From: Sulfurimonadaceae bacterium
Lineage (GTDB): Bacteria; Campylobacterota; Campylobacteria; Campylobacterales; Sulfurimonadaceae
Direction: 5' to 3'
Assembly: GCA_041571435.1 (NCBI GenBank)
Contig: JBFFUI010000003.1
Coordinates: forward strand, 61,585-125,584
Length of the DNA: 64,000 nt
Shown here: positions 1 through 8,893 of the stretch, piece after piece
Numbering within the stretch: the stretch's first letter is position 1
Layout: the number at the start of each line of letters is the position of its first letter
Translations under genes and position numbers: made by a program
The notes under the pieces: generated by a model
The model's database searches: none
Told to the model about the DNA's origin: nothing
What the model saw: only the letters and a program-made list of their open reading frames with translations

Positions 1-596
1 TTGTCCTCTTTGCCATTCCATTCTTTGATATACGTTCCCTCTTTGTAGCCGTGATCCTGACGGAACTGGTTAAGAATGTTCTTGCCGACATAAAGACGGT
101 AGAGGTCTTGCAGATTAAGCTTGCACATATAGGCCAGCTCGAAGAAATCTTCAAAAAGCTTGGCACTGTCAAACTTCTCGCGGTTGACCGTATTGCAGAT
201 AATGTCTTCGACCTTGTCCATAATCGTATGCGGCTCGGCAAACTGAAGATTCCCGTTCTTTTCAAGCGTTATATAGCCCGGCATCTGTGATGTCGTCATC
301 GCCAAGTCTTCGATGGTGCCGCGGAAGTTTTGCGAATAGTCTTCGAGACCAAGACTCATGATGAAGTGCCATACATCGACCACTTCGATCTGAAGGTTGT
401 CCCAGTCAGGTTCCTGGTTGATTGCTTTCCAGTGCTTCCAGGCAAACGAGTCCACCATCTCACAGCACTCCATGTAGATACAGCGTTTCCAGTTGATGAC
501 CTTGCCGTTTTTCGTATGTCCGGCCTCCCAGCCTTCGCCGTTCGTCGCATCGTTCAACTCCTGCTGCAGAAGCAACATCTCCAAGACTTTTTCCAT
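1..596 (-). CDS. dut: Dimeric (Campylobacter-type) dUTP diphosphatase, 3' end runs off the window
   Basis: Not in the ORF track. Manual translation from ATG at 596 (AGGAG RBS upstream): MEKVLEMLLLQQELNDATNG...WKHWK...EVVDVWHFIMS...KNILNQFRQDHGYKEGTYIKEWNGKED, the all-alpha dUTPase motifs. Confidence 0.9.
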   Translation of the reverse strand, partial: MEKVLEMLLLQQELNDATNGEGWEAGHTKNGKVINWKRCIYMECCEMVDSFAWKHWKAINQEPDWDNLQIEVVDVWHFIMSLGLEDYSQNFRGTIEDLAMTTSQMPGYITLEKNGNLQFAEPHTIMDKVEDIICNTVNREKFDSAKLFEDFFELAYMCKLNLQDLYRLYVGKNILNQFRQDHGYKEGTYIKEWNGKED

Positions 597-668
597 AAAC
601 ACTCCTATCGAATTATGCTGTTCTTTAGACAAGAGAAGTCTTCTCTTTTACAAAAACAGCTCATCATT

Positions 669-1103
669 TTACTCTAACTCTCCACCATTTTCCCTTTGCC
701 AATGGAGCTTTTTACCAAACCCCAAACGGTTGTCTGTCAGCTTGATATCTTCGAGCTCGATAGCCCATAACTGCGGGTTCATCACCTTGGCAAAAGGGTA
801 CGCCTTAAAATAGAGATGTCCCTCTTTTTGCGAGATCGCCTTCATCGTCGCTCTAAACTGAATTCCTTCGATCTTACCGACCTCATCCGTCTCCAGGGCG
901 ACCGTCCCCGAAACAGTTTTGTTGTCCAGAACATTCTTAATATGCTCTGTTTTTGTATCCGAAGCGACGACAAAAGTGACCTTCTCGGCGTCATAAGCAT
1001 AAAAGAGACTGGCTGACTGCGGCACATTGTCGGCCGAAGTAGCCAAAGAGAGCAGATGGTGTTTAGCAAGAAAAACGTTGATCTTCTCAAGCGTATCTGG
1101 CAT
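669..1103 (-). CDS. Pyridoxamine 5'-phosphate oxidase-like split-barrel protein (YhbP/UPF0306-like)
   Basis: FLAKHHLLSLAT, GIQF and KLTDNRLGFGKKLHW motifs; overlaps the upstream gene by 17 nt. Confidence 0.8.
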   Translation of the reverse strand: MPDTLEKINVFLAKHHLLSLATSADNVPQSASLFYAYDAEKVTFVVASDTKTEHIKNVLDNKTVSGTVALETDEVGKIEGIQFRATMKAISQKEGHLYFKAYPFAKVMNPQLWAIELEDIKLTDNRLGFGKKLHWQRENGGELE

Positions 1104-1986
1104 CGATCATCTCTTTGTATTTGGCAATGGCATCCGCATTGTTCATTCCCCGGTAGTTTGGCGGCAGCACATCCATCCCGCCGTAGGCACCCAGTACCGC
1201 GCCGACGATCATCCCCCGTGCGGCCGAATCACCGCCGGCAAGCACATTGGCCTCCATCGCTTCCTGGAAATCACTGAAACGTACAAGCAGATAGATCACC
1301 GCTGCAAAACCGCCGTCAACACTGCAGGACTGTCCCAGTGTTTTAATCGCTTCGATGCTCTCTGTCTCAGCCTTCGCAACCCCTTCCCGGACCCATTTTT
1401 GGATTTTGTCCGAATAGGCTAGGGCGATCTCTTCAATCGCCCGCCCTATCTCCGCACCCATACTGACGGCTAGGATCAGCTCGTTAAAGTAGGCCGCACT
1501 CTCGACAAGCTCTTTCGTCATGTGGGTAAAAACGGTGTGCAGTTTGACATACTCCATCATCTTGTCCATGTCGTTATGGTAGGCGTAGATAAGCGGTATC
1601 ATGCGTCCGACGACACTCAGGTCACGCGAACCGGAACCACAGGCCAACGAGTTTTTGCCTTCTGCCAATGCTGCTATCGTATGTTTGGATGCCCCGTCGA
1701 CATAGCCCTCATACGTCTCCATCTTGGTCTTCCATTTCATGGAGAAGCCGTGTACAGTGAACTCATCTTCTGCGATCGCTTCTAAAAGCCAAAGCATCTG
1801 GTCACCGTAATGCGTAAAGTCACCGGCGCCCTTACCTTTATGGTAATCCGTCAGCGGGTCATTAAAACGCTTGGTATCAAACTCCGATTTTGAGATCTGG
1901 TGTGTGTCGTAGAGCCAGTGCGCGCCCAGGGCGTAAGCATCCGCGTAAAAAGCACCCCACAGTGCCGCTTCAAGTCTGTTTTTCAT
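1087..1986 (-). CDS. ADP-ribosylglycohydrolase family protein (atypical subfamily)
   Basis: GAFYADAYALGAHW, FTHYGDQ, GGDSAARGMIVGAVLGA. Confidence 0.8.
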   Translation of the reverse strand: MKNRLEAALWGAFYADAYALGAHWLYDTHQISKSEFDTKRFNDPLTDYHKGKGAGDFTHYGDQMLWLLEAIAEDEFTVHGFSMKWKTKMETYEGYVDGASKHTIAALAEGKNSLACGSGSRDLSVVGRMIPLIYAYHNDMDKMMEYVKLHTVFTHMTKELVESAAYFNELILAVSMGAEIGRAIEEIALAYSDKIQKWVREGVAKAETESIEAIKTLGQSCSVDGGFAAVIYLLVRFSDFQEAMEANVLAGGDSAARGMIVGAVLGAYGGMDVLPPNYRGMNNADAIAKYKEMIDARYA

Positions 1987-2704
1987 CCAAAAACTCCTCT
2001 ATAAGTTCCAGCATCTCCTCAACCGCCTTCGTTGCCGGACTTTGTAAAAAATGTTCAAAATAGTCGTCGATATGTGTGTCAAAACGCCCGAAAGCGGTCA
2101 CATGTTCTTCGCGCTTCGGGTTGATCAGAATAGAGCGGCTGAACTCCTGTACCAAGGGGACGATGTCGATCACCTGTCCGCTCGTCCCGATGGCGATGAA
2201 CATGTCACTGGCATCGACTGCTTCATAGATATGCCGGTAGGCCGGTGCACTCTCGCCGAACATCACGACATTGTGACGAACGTTGTATTCGCCGCAATGG
2301 GGACACTGTTCATCCTCTTTTTGGCAACAGTAACCGACATGAAAGGTCTGTTGACAACTCTCGCACCGAAGATCGATCAGGGTCCCGTGCAGATGAAGCA
2401 CCTCTGTTGAGCCTGCCTTTTCCATGAGGTTATCGACATTCTGCGTCAGATGTATGATCTGGTTCGGATAGCGTTTCTCCAAGTCGGCCAGGGCGCGGTG
2501 CATTGCGTTAGGCTCTTTGTCCTCAAGTGCTTCGCGGCGGGCATTATAGAAGTTGGTCACCAGTGCTCTGTCTTGCTGCCAACCCTGCGTCGAGCAGACC
2601 GTCATCACGTCATAGTTCTCCCATAGCCCGTCACTGTCACGAAAGGTGCTGATGCCGCTCTCTGCGCTCAACCCGGCACCGCTGATGATCATCACTCTAC
2701 GCAT
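1970..2704 (-). CDS. cobB: Sir2/CobB NAD-dependent protein deacylase
   Basis: GAGLSAESGISTFR, TQNVD, HLHG, two CxxC pairs, VVMFGE, GTS; YxxRR typical of class III. Confidence 0.9.
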   Translation of the reverse strand: MRRVMIISGAGLSAESGISTFRDSDGLWENYDVMTVCSTQGWQQDRALVTNFYNARREALEDKEPNAMHRALADLEKRYPNQIIHLTQNVDNLMEKAGSTEVLHLHGTLIDLRCESCQQTFHVGYCCQKEDEQCPHCGEYNVRHNVVMFGESAPAYRHIYEAVDASDMFIAIGTSGQVIDIVPLVQEFSRSILINPKREEHVTAFGRFDTHIDDYFEHFLQSPATKAVEEMLELIEEFLDEKQT

Positions 2705-2713
2705 GGTGTCCTT

Positions 2714-3898
2714 TCAATACTCGTCAAAATCACTCAGGGCCATGTCCAGCTGAGCGATCGCATCATCCATCACCGGACCGGGAACGGCGAAGTTGAGCCG
2801 CATGTATCCCTTGCCCTCTTTGCCGAACGAGACGCCGGGGCTGAGCCCGAGTGCCGCATCTTCGATGAAAAAGCGCTTCAACTCACTGCTTCCAAGCCCC
2901 AGACCGGAACAGTCCAGCCATGCAAGATAGGTTCCCTGAGGCGGGATCAGACGGATCTTGTCACGGTGTCTTTCAACCAGCGCGCTGAGCTTTTCGATAT
3001 TGCGTTGCAGGTGGATCAACAGCTCATCAAGCCACTGCCCCCCTTCGCGGTAGGCCGCCTCAAAACCGACATGGGCGAAGATATTGCCCTGGGCAAAGTG
3101 GATGCGCTCATACGCATCGCTGAAGACCTCACGCATCTGCTCGTTCTGAACCACGACCGTTGAGACCCCTAGACCCGCCGTGTTAAAGGTCTTACCCGGG
3201 CCGATAGCGGTAATCGTGATGTTGGCAATCTCTTCGCTCAGCGAAGCAAAAGGGGTGTGCTTGTGAGGCGGATAGACGAGATCGGAGTGGATCTCGTCAG
3301 CGACAACTTTGATATCATGTTCCAGACAGATCGCTGCCAGATCCTGCAGCTCTTTACGTGACCATACCCGTCCGACAGGGTTGTGGGGCGAACACAGCAG
3401 CAGCAGCTTCGTATCCGCATCGATCTTGGAAACCAGGTCTTCAAGGTCGAACGTGTAGTCACCCTCCTCGCTCCGGTGCAGCGGATTGCGCAGGACTTCC
3501 CGTCCGTTGCGTGTCACATTGCTCAAAAACGGTGGGTAGATCGGTGTCTGGACGACCACCTTGTCACCCGGCTTGGTAAAGGCGTGGATCGCCGTGTTGA
3601 TCGTTGCGACCACGGAGGGAGAGTAGAACATCCATTCACGTTTCAACGTGATACCGTGACGCTCTTTCATCCACTCTATCTGCGCTTCATAGGCGCTGTC
3701 CGGGAGCTCTTCATAGCCGTATATGGGATGAGCGGCTCTTTTCTTGACCGCTTCGACGATGCAGGGCGGTGTCTCGATGTCCATGTCCGCCACCCACATG
3801 GGGATGACATCTTCGGTCTTGAACAGCTTTTGTCGCAGCGTGTATTTTTCAGCGTTTGTCGTTGAACGGTCCACAACACACTGAAAATCGAAACTCAT
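2714..3898 (-). CDS. PatB/MalY family PLP-dependent C-S lyase (candidate ovothiol sulfoxide lyase)
   Basis: PMWVADMD, LCSPHNPVGRVW, DEIHSD, GKTFN, MRLNFA; 4-nt overlap with ovoA. Confidence 0.88.
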   Translation of the reverse strand: MSFDFQCVVDRSTTNAEKYTLRQKLFKTEDVIPMWVADMDIETPPCIVEAVKKRAAHPIYGYEELPDSAYEAQIEWMKERHGITLKREWMFYSPSVVATINTAIHAFTKPGDKVVVQTPIYPPFLSNVTRNGREVLRNPLHRSEEGDYTFDLEDLVSKIDADTKLLLLCSPHNPVGRVWSRKELQDLAAICLEHDIKVVADEIHSDLVYPPHKHTPFASLSEEIANITITAIGPGKTFNTAGLGVSTVVVQNEQMREVFSDAYERIHFAQGNIFAHVGFEAAYREGGQWLDELLIHLQRNIEKLSALVERHRDKIRLIPPQGTYLAWLDCSGLGLGSSELKRFFIEDAALGLSPGVSFGKEGKGYMRLNFAVPGPVMDDAIAQLDMALSDFDEY

Positions 3899-6003
3899 CG
3901 TTTTTTCCAGACACTCATCTGCGCGATCGTATGCTGATACTTGCGGGCGGTCTCGGGAATGACAAACGGGACATCATGCGTCGCGACAAGATCAAACCTT
4001 GGCGACAACGCTTTTTTGAGCCCGTCAAGCGTAGTGACGTCTTTGCCCTCTTCGTCTCTGTAGCCGCCAAGCCAAAACTCTTTTTTGGTGTACTCTTCCA
4101 GCCAGGTATACGGCGAAGTGAGGACCAAAAAGCCGCCTGCGTTCAGACGATGCTCAACGTCGTTCAAGAACAGCATCGGCTCATACAGCCGGTCGATCAG
4201 GTTGGTTGCCATGATCAGGTCATACCCGCTGAAATGGGGTTTGAGATTGCAGGCGTCACCCTGCCAGAAGTCAACATTTTGGGCGAGCTCGCTGAAACCG
4301 AGCTCCTCGAGTGTCACACTCTCTTCTGCCGTAATGTCCCCCTCGACGACACGTTTAAAGGTGATCTTTTTATCATTTTTGAGGGCAAGCCCCGCCTGTA
4401 TGAAACGGGCTGAAAAATCGATCCCCGTCACCTTGTCAAAACCGTGGGCCAGTTCAAAACTGGCCCGTCCCGTCGCACAGCCAAGGTCAAGGGCGTGCCC
4501 CATCGGTGTCCCTTTGGCGTACTCCAAAGCGTACTCGGCACACTTCTTCGCAAAGTTCTCGACACCAAAATGGTCAATCCCGTACTGGAAGTGGCAATAC
4601 TGCGACACAAGCGCGTCACTCTCATAGATATTTGCTTTCTCTGTTGACATCGTCTCTCCTTCGACTACTCTAAAACCGGCGTGCTGGTAAAAATGGCGCC
4701 GGAACGCATAACGTGAATGCTTCATTATCTCATTGCCGCTGCTCGCCCACGACCCGCCTTTGATGATGTTGTGTTTTCCGTCAAAGGTCGGCACGGAGAA
4801 ATCATCATAGACGTAGTGCGGCTCAAACCCTTTAAAGCCGTTCATATGACTCTCCGTCCACTGCCAGACATTGCCCATAAGGTCGTAAAAGTCGCCGAAG
4901 GCGAACATATCGACAGGACAGGATGAGGCGTAATGCGAAAAGTTGATGTTGGCCCTGCTGTCGTCCAGCTCAGGCACATCCTTGATCCCGGCCCGCTCAT
5001 ACAAAAGGTACCACTCCGCTTCGCTCAAAAGGCGGTACGTTCTACCCTCTTTTTCGCTTTTCCATCGACAGTAGGCCTTCGCTTCCAGGTAGTTGACGTC
5101 GACTGGCCAGTTCATCGGCATGGCAATGACCTCGGCCATCGCCCGGTAGTCAAACGTGCCATCTCCTCTGTCGACCCAAAACGGCGGATGGGCCGCTTTC
5201 GAGCGTTCCAGAAAACGCCGGCCCTCTTCGTCCCAAAACGCGGCATTTGTATAGCCGTCATCACGGACAAAGGCCAGGAACTCGCCGTTGGAGCAGAGGT
5301 ACTTTGCGGCGCTGAAGGGCTTGACCTGCTCGTGTTGGACGCCGTACTCGTTGTCCCAGCCGTAGAGGTGGTGATTTCTCTCTTTACCCAGCGTGACCTC
5401 GCCGCCGGCGACATCGATCATGCTGTTCTCCGGTGCCGGTCCGCTCTTACTGCACAGCGGAAAGTCGGCAACCGGTTTGACCTTCTCTATGGGAAGCTGG
5501 CGATGCAGCACGCTCGAGGTCTCGATATGGATGCATTCATGCTCGATCCCCATCAGTATGACCCACCATGGGCTCTCCTGCGTGATGGGCAGGGTCAGAG
5601 GGAGTGTGGTGATAAGGCTGTCGACAAGGGCACGCACCTCACGCCGGTATGCTCTGGCCTCCGAGACCTTCGGCCACCGGTAGTTGCTGCTTTCGAGGTC
5701 ATCCCAGTGCATCTCGTCCACACCGATGGCGAACATCGACTCGAACTCTGGGTTAAGACGTTCATCGATCACCTTGGCGATCATCAGCTTGTTGACGAAA
5801 AAGGTGGCGGTATGCCCAAAATAGAAGATCAGCGGATGACGCGTAGGCTCGGGCTGTTCGTAGTAGACACTGTCATCGACAAAGGTCGTAAACAGCTCTT
5901 CAAACAGATCATAGGTCTTGTGAAAATAGGCTCTGATCTCTTCGCGCTTTTGGTCAGCATCACTACCTGTCAACGTTACCGGCATCGTGTGGAGTGGGTG
6001 CAA
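3895..6003 (-). CDS. ovoA: 5-histidylcysteine sulfoxide synthase OvoA (DinB + FGE-sulfatase + SAM methyltransferase domains)
   Basis: RHPLIFYFGHT, FAIGVDEM, HExIHxE iron motif, YGWDNEYG, YDDFS, RYAFRRHFYQHAGFR, C-terminal DLGCATG methyltransferase; TTG start with GAAGGAG RBS. Confidence 0.92.
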   Translation of the reverse strand: MHPLHTMPVTLTGSDADQKREEIRAYFHKTYDLFEELFTTFVDDSVYYEQPEPTRHPLIFYFGHTATFFVNKLMIAKVIDERLNPEFESMFAIGVDEMHWDDLESSNYRWPKVSEARAYRREVRALVDSLITTLPLTLPITQESPWWVILMGIEHECIHIETSSVLHRQLPIEKVKPVADFPLCSKSGPAPENSMIDVAGGEVTLGKERNHHLYGWDNEYGVQHEQVKPFSAAKYLCSNGEFLAFVRDDGYTNAAFWDEEGRRFLERSKAAHPPFWVDRGDGTFDYRAMAEVIAMPMNWPVDVNYLEAKAYCRWKSEKEGRTYRLLSEAEWYLLYERAGIKDVPELDDSRANINFSHYASSCPVDMFAFGDFYDLMGNVWQWTESHMNGFKGFEPHYVYDDFSVPTFDGKHNIIKGGSWASSGNEIMKHSRYAFRRHFYQHAGFRVVEGETMSTEKANIYESDALVSQYCHFQYGIDHFGVENFAKKCAEYALEYAKGTPMGHALDLGCATGRASFELAHGFDKVTGIDFSARFIQAGLALKNDKKITFKRVVEGDITAEESVTLEELGFSELAQNVDFWQGDACNLKPHFSGYDLIMATNLIDRLYEPMLFLNDVEHRLNAGGFLVLTSPYTWLEEYTKKEFWLGGYRDEEGKDVTTLDGLKKALSPRFDLVATHDVPFVIPETARKYQHTIAQMSVWKKR

Positions 6004-6026
6004 CTTCTCTCCTTCTTGTTTACACT

Positions 6027-6035
6027 ATTTTAGCA
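6027..6035 (-). promoter_or_regulatory. Putative extended -10 promoter (TGcTAAAAT) of the ovoA operon
   Basis: Minus strand reads TGCTAAAAT about 24 nt upstream of the ovoA start. Confidence 0.55.
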
Positions 6036-6145
6036 GATTCTCTTTTGGCAAGGCTTAGTATGACAGGCCGAAGATAAGGTTTTAGTGTAGAGTAAAAATG
6101 TGCTCTGAATTATTGAGAGTAGAGAAAAGTGAAAAGCTTTGTGGA

Positions 6146-6196
6146 AGCACCCTAAGGTGCTAACTGTAAGCTGTTCCCATCAAAGACTATGGGAAC
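6146..6196 (-). terminator. Two tandem hairpins downstream of the repeat lipoprotein; probable terminator or stability element
   Basis: gttcccat(N8)atgggaac at 6173-6196 and agcacc(ctaa)ggtgct at 6146-6161, followed by pyrimidine-rich sequence on the minus strand. Confidence 0.5.
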
Positions 6197-6234
6197 GACT
6201 GATTACCGGTTACGTGCTTAGTACAAACCTGAAC

Positions 6235-7911
6235 TTACTTTGTAAACCCAAGCTGCAGATGTGGGTGTCGACTTCCCTCAATACCACTATCTATAGTCGT
6301 TGAACCTGGTGTCATTGCACCCGTGTTTGAAATAACACCATTACCACCGTAATAAACTAAAATATCATTAGCTGATGTACCTGGATACATTTGTACCGTC
6401 AAGTTCTTAGTTGGATCATATGTAAAGCCTGATACCGGAACAGTGACCCAATCGCCCGCCTTAGTGCCTGCCGGAATTGTAATATCACCGGTGTAAACTA
6501 CCGTTGCATCATCCATGTTGGCTGCCAGCGTAGCATCAAGATCTGTCAGTGTCGTATGGCCTATTGTAATATTTGCATCGGTATATGTAACGTCAGCCGC
6601 AATATCCTGAGCTACCCTAAAGCCTATACTATTTAAAGTAGCACCTGTACCAAAGACCTGAGAACCATAGATAGCTATTGCCCCTGTACCACCACTGTTT
6701 AAAGGCACTCCATATGCAGCCAAATTCGTCTCAACGACACTCATCGGCGCACCGTTGAAACGGAATTTTGTATCATATGCAGTGGTACTTGCAGCCGTTG
6801 CAGTACCGTCTGTTCCAGTCAATCTGACAACACCTTCCGCAGTACTTCTAGTCAATGTTGTACTCGCTGTTGCAGCTGTTACATTAATGTCCACGATAAG
6901 GTTGTCCGTTCCATTGTAATTAAAGCTTCCGCTCAAAGGCACCCAGAACCAGTCTCCTACTGCCAAATTGGCTGGAACAGTAAAGGTTACGTTGTTCTCC
7001 ATGACAGTTGGTGTTGCACTGTAGCTATCTTCGAACAAAGTTCCACTCGTAAATTCGGTTAGTGCAGTATGTCCCATTTTTACCGTTGCCGAATAAGTTG
7101 CTTCCGCTGTCACAGCACCAACCTGAAATGCGACTCCAGTTAAAGGGCCTGAACCATTGACATCGCTCGCCTTATAAAGCATCTGTGCCCTCGGTAATGA
7201 AGTGGAAAATGGCCATGTATTACCTGTAGTTCCTGCATAATCAATTGTATTGACGCCGCCTGCAAAGGTAAAGTCCATATCATTTCGCCATGCGAAAGTA
7301 ATTCCTGTCCCGGTATTTCCAAATTCATATACCAGTGAAACTGGTGCCACATATTCACCCAGATCTTCAAAAGTACCGTCACATGCAGCTACCCGATCAA
7401 ACCCCACAACAAGATTATCCATACCGTTATAATTAAACGGTGTATCGAGTTTTATTGTAAACTTATCACCTGCAGAACCTGCAGGGACTGTGAGAGACCC
7501 ACCAGCCCTTACTATTTCATTCGTTCCGGCACCTTGTTCAACGTTATCTGCAAATGTTGCCGTCAAATCCGTCAGGGTAGTGTGACCCATTTTGATCGTC
7601 ATATCTGGACAGATTACATCTGCAACCAAATCACTTCTATAAGTAAAACTGATTTCATTAATATATCCAGACCCTTCTATCTCCGACGATGGATATAATA
7701 CTTGTACGTGCATATCAGCAGTAGGAACAAAAGTCACTCCAGTATACATATTCGCTGCTGGTATAGTTGAAGATTTTATAAATCCGCCAGTTGCTAGTGT
7801 ACTACCACCGCCACTACCACCGCCGCTGCTGCTGTCACTGCTACATGCTGTCATTGCGACTACCGCCGCGATCGACGCCAGTACTGCCGTTGTCTTTTTG
7901 ATCATTTTCAT
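6235..7911 (-). CDS. Lipoprotein with three ~170-aa internal repeats, function unknown
   Basis: Start moved to MKMIKK at 7911 (AAGGGAG RBS); lipobox AMTAC, Ser/Gly linker, three repeats carrying LY..S...G, MGHT and F.Y.G..NL.V-like motifs. Confidence 0.8.
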   Translation of the reverse strand: MKMIKKTTAVLASIAAVVAMTACSSDSSSGGGSGGGSTLATGGFIKSSTIPAANMYTGVTFVPTADMHVQVLYPSSEIEGSGYINEISFTYRSDLVADVICPDMTIKMGHTTLTDLTATFADNVEQGAGTNEIVRAGGSLTVPAGSAGDKFTIKLDTPFNYNGMDNLVVGFDRVAACDGTFEDLGEYVAPVSLVYEFGNTGTGITFAWRNDMDFTFAGGVNTIDYAGTTGNTWPFSTSLPRAQMLYKASDVNGSGPLTGVAFQVGAVTAEATYSATVKMGHTALTEFTSGTLFEDSYSATPTVMENNVTFTVPANLAVGDWFWVPLSGSFNYNGTDNLIVDINVTAATASTTLTRSTAEGVVRLTGTDGTATAASTTAYDTKFRFNGAPMSVVETNLAAYGVPLNSGGTGAIAIYGSQVFGTGATLNSIGFRVAQDIAADVTYTDANITIGHTTLTDLDATLAANMDDATVVYTGDITIPAGTKAGDWVTVPVSGFTYDPTKNLTVQMYPGTSANDILVYYGGNGVISNTGAMTPGSTTIDSGIEGSRHPHLQLGFTK

Positions 7912-8114
7912 CTGTACTCCCTTGTACATAAATATAAGGGAAACGAATCCCTCTTGCAACCATTATATTCCTAGTAAATGAAAAGTAAACTGAAATCTTA
8001 TGAATATTAAAAAACATATGATGTTAAAATACCATAGAGACAATGGATTTATGACGTAACAAGTTATATTTTTACCAACATGTATTTCTTTAAAAACAAT
8101 CACAGATCTTGATG

Positions 8115-8120
8115 TATAAT
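8115..8120 (+). promoter_or_regulatory. -10 box (TATAAT) directly upstream of pgeF
   Basis: TATAAT ends 7 nt before the ATG; no Shine-Dalgarno. Confidence 0.55.
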
Positions 8121-8127
8121 ATGCCCT

Positions 8128-8889
8128 ATGTACGCTATTGAAAGTCAGCAACTTAAAGCTTATCCGCAGCTCGCACACACCTTTACAACCCGTCACGGCG
8201 GCATTTCCAAACTGCCATACGAGAGTAACAACCTTGCTTTTCATGTCGGTGACGATGCCGAGACCGTCATCCAGAACCACAAGCGACTAGCCCAAGAGAT
8301 GGGCTATGACTACACCAATCTCGTCCACATGCGCCAGGTCCACTCGGACAACGTCGTCATCGTCGACCCCGAACTCCATGACTTCGAGCATCCGCCGGAG
8401 TGTGATGCCCTCATCACCGACAAGCCCGGCATCCCCCTGATGGTCATGACTGCCGACTGTACGCCGGTCCTTTTTTTTGATCCGGTCCAAAACGTCATCG
8501 CCGTCGCCCATGCCGGACGTGCCGGCGCCATCATGGGGATCGTACCGAAAACTATAGAGAAAATGTGTACTCACTACAAAAGCCGAAAGGATGATATAGT
8601 TGTCGTTCTCGGTCCCTCAATAGGCGGATGCTGTTATGAAGTCGGTGAAACGATTGGCAAAGAGATACTGGAGAGTCCCAACGCTTTTGCCGTCATACAG
8701 AGAGATGAAAAATACTTTTTAGAAGTCAACGCCATTATCCACATGCAGCTTGAAGATATCGGCATCTTGCAATCGCACATCGACGACCTGAACATCTGCA
8801 ACGCCTGCGAAAACGAGACCTATTTTTCCTACCGGGCAGACAGGCAAAAGACCGGGCGTATCGCCGGGGTTATAATGCTGAAAACGTAA
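8128..8889 (+). CDS. pgeF: PgeF/YfiH (laccase-domain purine nucleoside phosphorylase, peptidoglycan editing factor)
   Basis: FTTRHGG, QVH, CDALIT, TADCTP, AHAGR, GPSIGGCCYEVG, FSYR. Confidence 0.92.
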   Translation: MYAIESQQLKAYPQLAHTFTTRHGGISKLPYESNNLAFHVGDDAETVIQNHKRLAQEMGYDYTNLVHMRQVHSDNVVIVDPELHDFEHPPECDALITDKPGIPLMVMTADCTPVLFFDPVQNVIAVAHAGRAGAIMGIVPKTIEKMCTHYKSRKDDIVVVLGPSIGGCCYEVGETIGKEILESPNAFAVIQRDEKYFLEVNAIIHMQLEDIGILQSHIDDLNICNACENETYFSYRADRQKTGRIAGVIMLKT

Positions 8890-8893
8890 AATC

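Noticed and set aside
1970-2704. Sir2 as an anti-phage NADase or SirTM ADP-ribosyltransferase
   Set aside because: Motifs (zinc CxxC pairs, catalytic His in HLHG, YxxRR) fit a CobB-type deacylase; no defence partner or macrodomain gene nearby
3895-6003. EgtB or selenium variant (SenA/OvsA) instead of OvoA
   Set aside because: OvoA-specific motifs and the fused methyltransferase are present; no selenophosphate synthetase or SenB-like gene in the window
4933-6033. 366-aa plus-strand ORF
   Set aside because: Antisense shadow of ovoA; no recognisable motifs or RBS
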